A stretch of DNA of 64,000 nt, taken from positions 1,440,001 to 1,504,000 of the forward strand of contig OZ253496.1 in assembly GCA_965262115.1 (NCBI GenBank), given 5' to 3'. The DNA is from Nitrospinales bacterium. GTDB taxonomy: Bacteria; Nitrospinota; Nitrospinia; Nitrospinales; VA-1. Below, in pieces: positions 60,113 to 64,000 of the stretch. The notes below the pieces were generated by a model, which was given only the letters and a program-made list of their open reading frames with translations, was not told the origin of the DNA and ran no database searches. The translations under genes were made by a program, and so were the position numbers. The number at the start of each line of letters is the position of its first letter. Position 1 is the first letter of the stretch.

Positions 60113-60737
60113 ATGACCCTTTATTTATTGCTTTCGGTGTTCGGGTTCCTGGTGCACAACATTTCCGAGTATAACTGCCTCACTTCCCTTTTTATTTACT
60201 ATTTTGTATTTCTGGTTGCATCAATGGGACTCTTGTGCAGAGAAAGCGTTCCGCAAGTTTATAATAATTTGCCGCTCTTGAAAAAAAACATTTATGCTAC
60301 CGTCTATGCTTTTTGCTGTCCTTTTGACAGGATTTGCCTTGTCGAATTATTATAAATATAATCAAATTATAGTTAAAAAACTTCCTTTCAGCCAAACCCT
60401 GGGTGACGCGGAATATGAATTAAGACTTGCCAAAAATTTATGTAAGCAGTGCGGGGGGCCTCATTATTTATCCGGTTTCTTAAAATTGGAAGAGTACAAA
60501 AGAACAAGAGATCCTGAATTGCTAGAGGGAGCGCGAAAAGAGTTTTCCGAAGCTCTTATTCGAAACCCATACAGTTCGAGATTTTATTTTGCTGAAGGAG
60601 ATGCCTTTAACTTTCAAGGAAAGAAGGGGCAAGCAAAGCATTCTTATACAATGACCGGGAAAAACCCTAGGTACGCGTTACCCGCTTTAGAGAGAATTAA
60701 AACCCTGGGGAAAATTGATAGAGGCTTGGAACCCTGA
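60113..60737 (+). pseudogene. Truncated or frameshifted membrane + TPR protein (possibly an O-antigen ligase-like C-terminus)
   Basis: Two overlapping ORFs switching frame near an A-run at ~60281; follows the MITE. Confidence 0.4.
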
Positions 60738-60749
60738 ATTATCTTTGTC

Positions 60750-61526
60750 TTGTTAAACTGTTATAATGGCGTTATGCGAACCAAATCCGTAACGGCAATC
60801 TGTTTGACTATGATAATTTTTGGAATTTCCATTCCTGGAATGTCGCAGCAGTTAAACCCTGATCTGTTTCAACCCTCCTCTTTGGTCAGCAGTGAAATTG
60901 CACGCAAACAACTCCAAAAAATCTACCTGACATCCGCAAAGCAACGCACGTTCCATTGCGGTTGCGTGTTTGACAGGTTAAAACAGGTCTTTCCCAATTT
61001 GTGTAATGCCAGGACAGTTTTTGAAAAAGGCAAACCGAAAAAGCTGATCTGGGCATCTTTGATGCCGCCAAGTGTTTTTGCCAGATCGTTAAAGTGCTGG
61101 AGCAAGACCCTGTGTACGCGCCCCGGTGGGAAAAAAATCAAGGGAGCTCAATGTTGCTCGGAAATTTCGCCAAAGTTTAAAACCAGAGAATCCGATATGC
61201 ATAATATTTTTCCTATGATTGAAAAACCGGCAACTCCTGTTGCGACAAAGGAATTTTCCGGTATGTGGGAATACCGTTATTGTGAAAAAGAAGGCACGCT
61301 TAGAAAAGAGATTAGCGGCAATGCGTCCAGGGCTTATTTATATATGTCGTTTCAATTTAAAATTCCTTTGGATGAGAACCTGGAAAATTCATTGCGGATG
61401 TGGCATTTTGAAGATCCTCCTGATGAGTGGGAGGAAAAACGCAATGACCTGATAGAGGTTATCCAGGGAAACCGTAATCCCTTCATCGATCAGCCGGAAC
61501 TGGTGGAGCGGGTTGCCGATTTTTAG
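60750..61526 (+). CDS. Endonuclease I family protein
   Basis: TFHCGC, DMHN.FP, G..SRAYLYM, QGNRNPF. Confidence 0.8.
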   Translation: MLNCYNGVMRTKSVTAICLTMIIFGISIPGMSQQLNPDLFQPSSLVSSEIARKQLQKIYLTSAKQRTFHCGCVFDRLKQVFPNLCNARTVFEKGKPKKLIWASLMPPSVFARSLKCWSKTLCTRPGGKKIKGAQCCSEISPKFKTRESDMHNIFPMIEKPATPVATKEFSGMWEYRYCEKEGTLRKEISGNASRAYLYMSFQFKIPLDENLENSLRMWHFEDPPDEWEEKRNDLIEVIQGNRNPFIDQPELVERVADF

Positions 61527-61567
61527 CGGCCAGTACCCATCCGGGGCATGAAGGTTATGGTAAAAAT

Positions 61568-62005
61568 TCACAAGCGGGTTCCGGGAGGAAGCTGGGTGTC
61601 CTCATCGGTGAGGGTAGCTTCAAGTTGCGAATCAGTGACGCAGGTGTTCTGCAGGTTGGCGCCTTGAAGATAAGCCCCACCCAGGCGGGTGTTTTGCAGG
61701 TCGGCGTTCTCCAGATTAGCCCACATCAGATCGGTTTCTTCTAAGTTGGCGTTTTTCAGGCAGGTGCCCTGCAATTGGGCGTCTTGCAAGTTAGCCCCCC
61801 TGAGGTCGGCATTTTCAAAATTGGCTCCACGAAGGTCAGTGCCTTGCAAATTGGCCTCCACCAGAACAGCATTTTTAAAATTGCTTTCCCTTAAGTCTTC
61901 GCCGCTGAGATCGGCGAATATGCCGTCCTTGCCTTTTGATTCAAACCATTCCTTATGACTCAGGAGGATCTGTGGGAGAATGGAAATGAGGCTGGATTTT
62001 TTCAT
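61568..62005 (-). CDS. Pentapeptide repeat protein
   Basis: A(N/D)L repeats; similar to 50168-50632. Confidence 0.88.
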   Translation of the reverse strand: MKKSSLISILPQILLSHKEWFESKGKDGIFADLSGEDLRESNFKNAVLVEANLQGTDLRGANFENADLRGANLQDAQLQGTCLKNANLEETDLMWANLENADLQNTRLGGAYLQGANLQNTCVTDSQLEATLTDEDTQLPPGTRL

Positions 62006-62127
62006 AACTAATGAGGGGTCTTTGAAAAATGCCTTAAAATTATGAAACTCAAACTTGCAAACCGACACATGTATTTACCATAGTATAAAACTGTTTTTTG
62101 TTATTTTTAAATAAATAGACCGCCTAA

Positions 62128-64000
62128 ATGAAAAATAGAGGCATAGTTTTTAAACTGACATCGTTGATTCTCGTCGTCTCGGTTTTATTCTTCCTGATTG
62201 TCAGTAACCATAACTCAAAGAAAATTCGCTCTATATTCAAAGGTAACCTGAGGGAATCAGCAGAGAATTTATCCTATTCCACGTTAAATAAAATAGAATC
62301 GATTCTTAAGGCCGTCGAAAAAGTTCCCCAACAAATTGCTATTTCTTTGGAAGGTTCCTCCCACAGCAAGGAGGATCTGCTGCTTCTCATTCGCCAGGTT
62401 GTGGAAAACAATCCTGAAATTTATGGGTCCACCATCGCATTTGAACCCTATATGTTTGATCCCGACTCACTCTATTTCGCGCCTTATTTTTACAAGCATA
62501 AGGATGATGTAAAATTCACCTTTATCGGGGACGAGTCCTACAAGTACTTTTCATGGGACTGGTACAAGCTTCCCAAAGAGCAAAATAAACCCATGTGGAG
62601 CGAACCTTATTTTGATGAAGGAGCCGGAAATATTGTCATGTCCACTTATTCGGTTCCCTTTTACCGCAATGTAAAAGGAGAAAAAAGATTATGGGGAATC
62701 GTGACCGCCGACATTTCGCTTGCGTGGTTGCAGGAAATGGTGTCTTCCATAAAAATTGCCAAAACAGGTTTTGCCTTTCTCATTTCCAAAAAGGGAACCC
62801 TTGTCACCCATCCCATGCAAGACCTGATCATGAATCACACTATTTTCAGTCTTGCGGATAAGTTTGACCAGCCAGAGCTTCATAAACTGGGGCAAAGCAT
62901 GGTCAACGGCGAAACGAATTTCATTTCCAAGAAGCACCTGTTTACGGGAGAGGACGCCTGGCTGTTCCACGCCCCCCTGCCCTCTAACGGGTGGTCGCTG
63001 GGAGTCATTTTCCCTCAGGATGAATTGCTGGCGGGTATCAACAAACTGCAGATGGAACTGCAGGCCTTTGCCGCTGGTGGAATGGCGCTGCTACTGCTTG
63101 CCATCTGGCTCATCGCACGGTCTATCACCCGGCCTCTTGGTGTCTTGTCGAATGCGACGGAGCAGATGGTAATTGGAAAAACATGTGACCTCGTTTCGCA
63201 GATAGACTCGACCGACGAGGTTGGAAGACTGGCGAAATCGTTCTGCGCTATGGAGCAGGAGATTAAAAAACATATTCAACAGATTGAGGACATTTCAAAG
63301 CTTCCCGGTGAAAATCCCAATCCCGTATTTCGCGCTGGAGCAAACGGAAAGGTTCTTTACGCCAATAAGGCGGCCACCACCGTTCTGGCAGATTGGAGCA
63401 TCAAGGTGGGTAGCAGCCTTCCGGAAGTTTTTCATGAACCGACTGCTGCGGCTATGAAGCTGGAAAAAAATCAGCAAATGGAAGTGGAGCTTGAAGAAAG
63501 AATTTTCACCTTTGAACTCATGCCCGTTATCGAATCTGGTTATATCAATATTTATGGTAGAAATATAACAGAGAGACGTAAGGCCGAGAAGGAGTTGAAC
63601 AGAATCACCGTCGAAAAAAACCGGATCGAAGGTGAAGTGAAATTGGCCACGCTGGTTCAGGAAGGCTTTTTGCCAGAGGCTCCCCCCACCTTTCCAAATT
63701 ATGAATTTTCCGCCCATACTGTTCCCGCAAAATTTGTTGGTGGAGATTTTTATGATTTCATTGCAATCGATTCGAACCGTCTGGGAATAATCCTCGGTGA
63801 TGTTTCTGGTAAGGGTGTCTCGGCTGCTTTATATATGGCGCGCTTGATGAGCGATATAAAATACGTATCGCTGATTGATCCTGAACCTGTTCAGGTCATT
63901 TTCAATATGAATAATATTCTGGTCAAGCGGTCTCGAAAGGGGATGTTTGCCACCGCCTCCTATCTATTATTGGATGTCAAGAACCGTAAACTGAAAATAT
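62128..64000 (+). CDS. Cache-HAMP-PAS-SpoIIE (PP2C) sensor phosphatase; runs off the window end
   Basis: Manual translation: WSEPYFDEG, HAMP DEVGRLA, VGGDFYDF, GDVSGKG. Confidence 0.85.
   Translation, partial: MKNRGIVFKLTSLILVVSVLFFLIVSNHNSKKIRSIFKGNLRESAENLSYSTLNKIESILKAVEKVPQQIAISLEGSSHSKEDLLLLIRQVVENNPEIYGSTIAFEPYMFDPDSLYFAPYFYKHKDDVKFTFIGDESYKYFSWDWYKLPKEQNKPMWSEPYFDEGAGNIVMSTYSVPFYRNVKGEKRLWGIVTADISLAWLQEMVSSIKIAKTGFAFLISKKGTLVTHPMQDLIMNHTIFSLADKFDQPELHKLGQSMVNGETNFISKKHLFTGEDAWLFHAPLPSNGWSLGVIFPQDELLAGINKLQMELQAFAAGGMALLLLAIWLIARSITRPLGVLSNATEQMVIGKTCDLVSQIDSTDEVGRLAKSFCAMEQEIKKHIQQIEDISKLPGENPNPVFRAGANGKVLYANKAATTVLADWSIKVGSSLPEVFHEPTAAAMKLEKNQQMEVELEERIFTFELMPVIESGYINIYGRNITERRKAEKELNRITVEKNRIEGEVKLATLVQEGFLPEAPPTFPNYEFSAHTVPAKFVGGDFYDFIAIDSNRLGIILGDVSGKGVSAALYMARLMSDIKYVSLIDPEPVQVIFNMNNILVKRSRKGMFATASYLLLDVKNRKLKI

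Overview
This is the replication-origin region of a bacterial chromosome. Gene content suggests a Nitrospinota-like organism, but that is inference only. Housekeeping blocks are argH, rsmI-parB-parA-rsmG with a parS site, etfAB, dnaA-oriC-gyrB-gyrA (no dnaN/recF), serS followed by all four tRNA-Ser isoacceptors plus tRNA-Arg(GCG), SRP RNA-dnaX-ybaB-recR, tRNA-Asn, hemB, lgt, a U32 peptidase and hpnH. Accessory content: (1) a head-less siphovirus-type neck/tail cluster with a CI-like S24 repressor, a -1 frameshift tail chaperone and point nonsense codons; (2) a triple-nested insertion, IS3 > ~41-bp mobile hairpin repeat > IS110, in which the IS110 bridge-RNA guides, CT core and circle-junction promoter can be read directly and match the repeat; (3) a Fic islet flanked by a 290-bp direct repeat; (4) a TIGR04255-like three-gene module after tRNA-Ser(CGA), with a related two-gene copy near the phage region, a candidate chaperone/antitoxin/toxin defence system; (5) a decaying type IV pilus locus; (6) several families of MITE/REP-like repeats.
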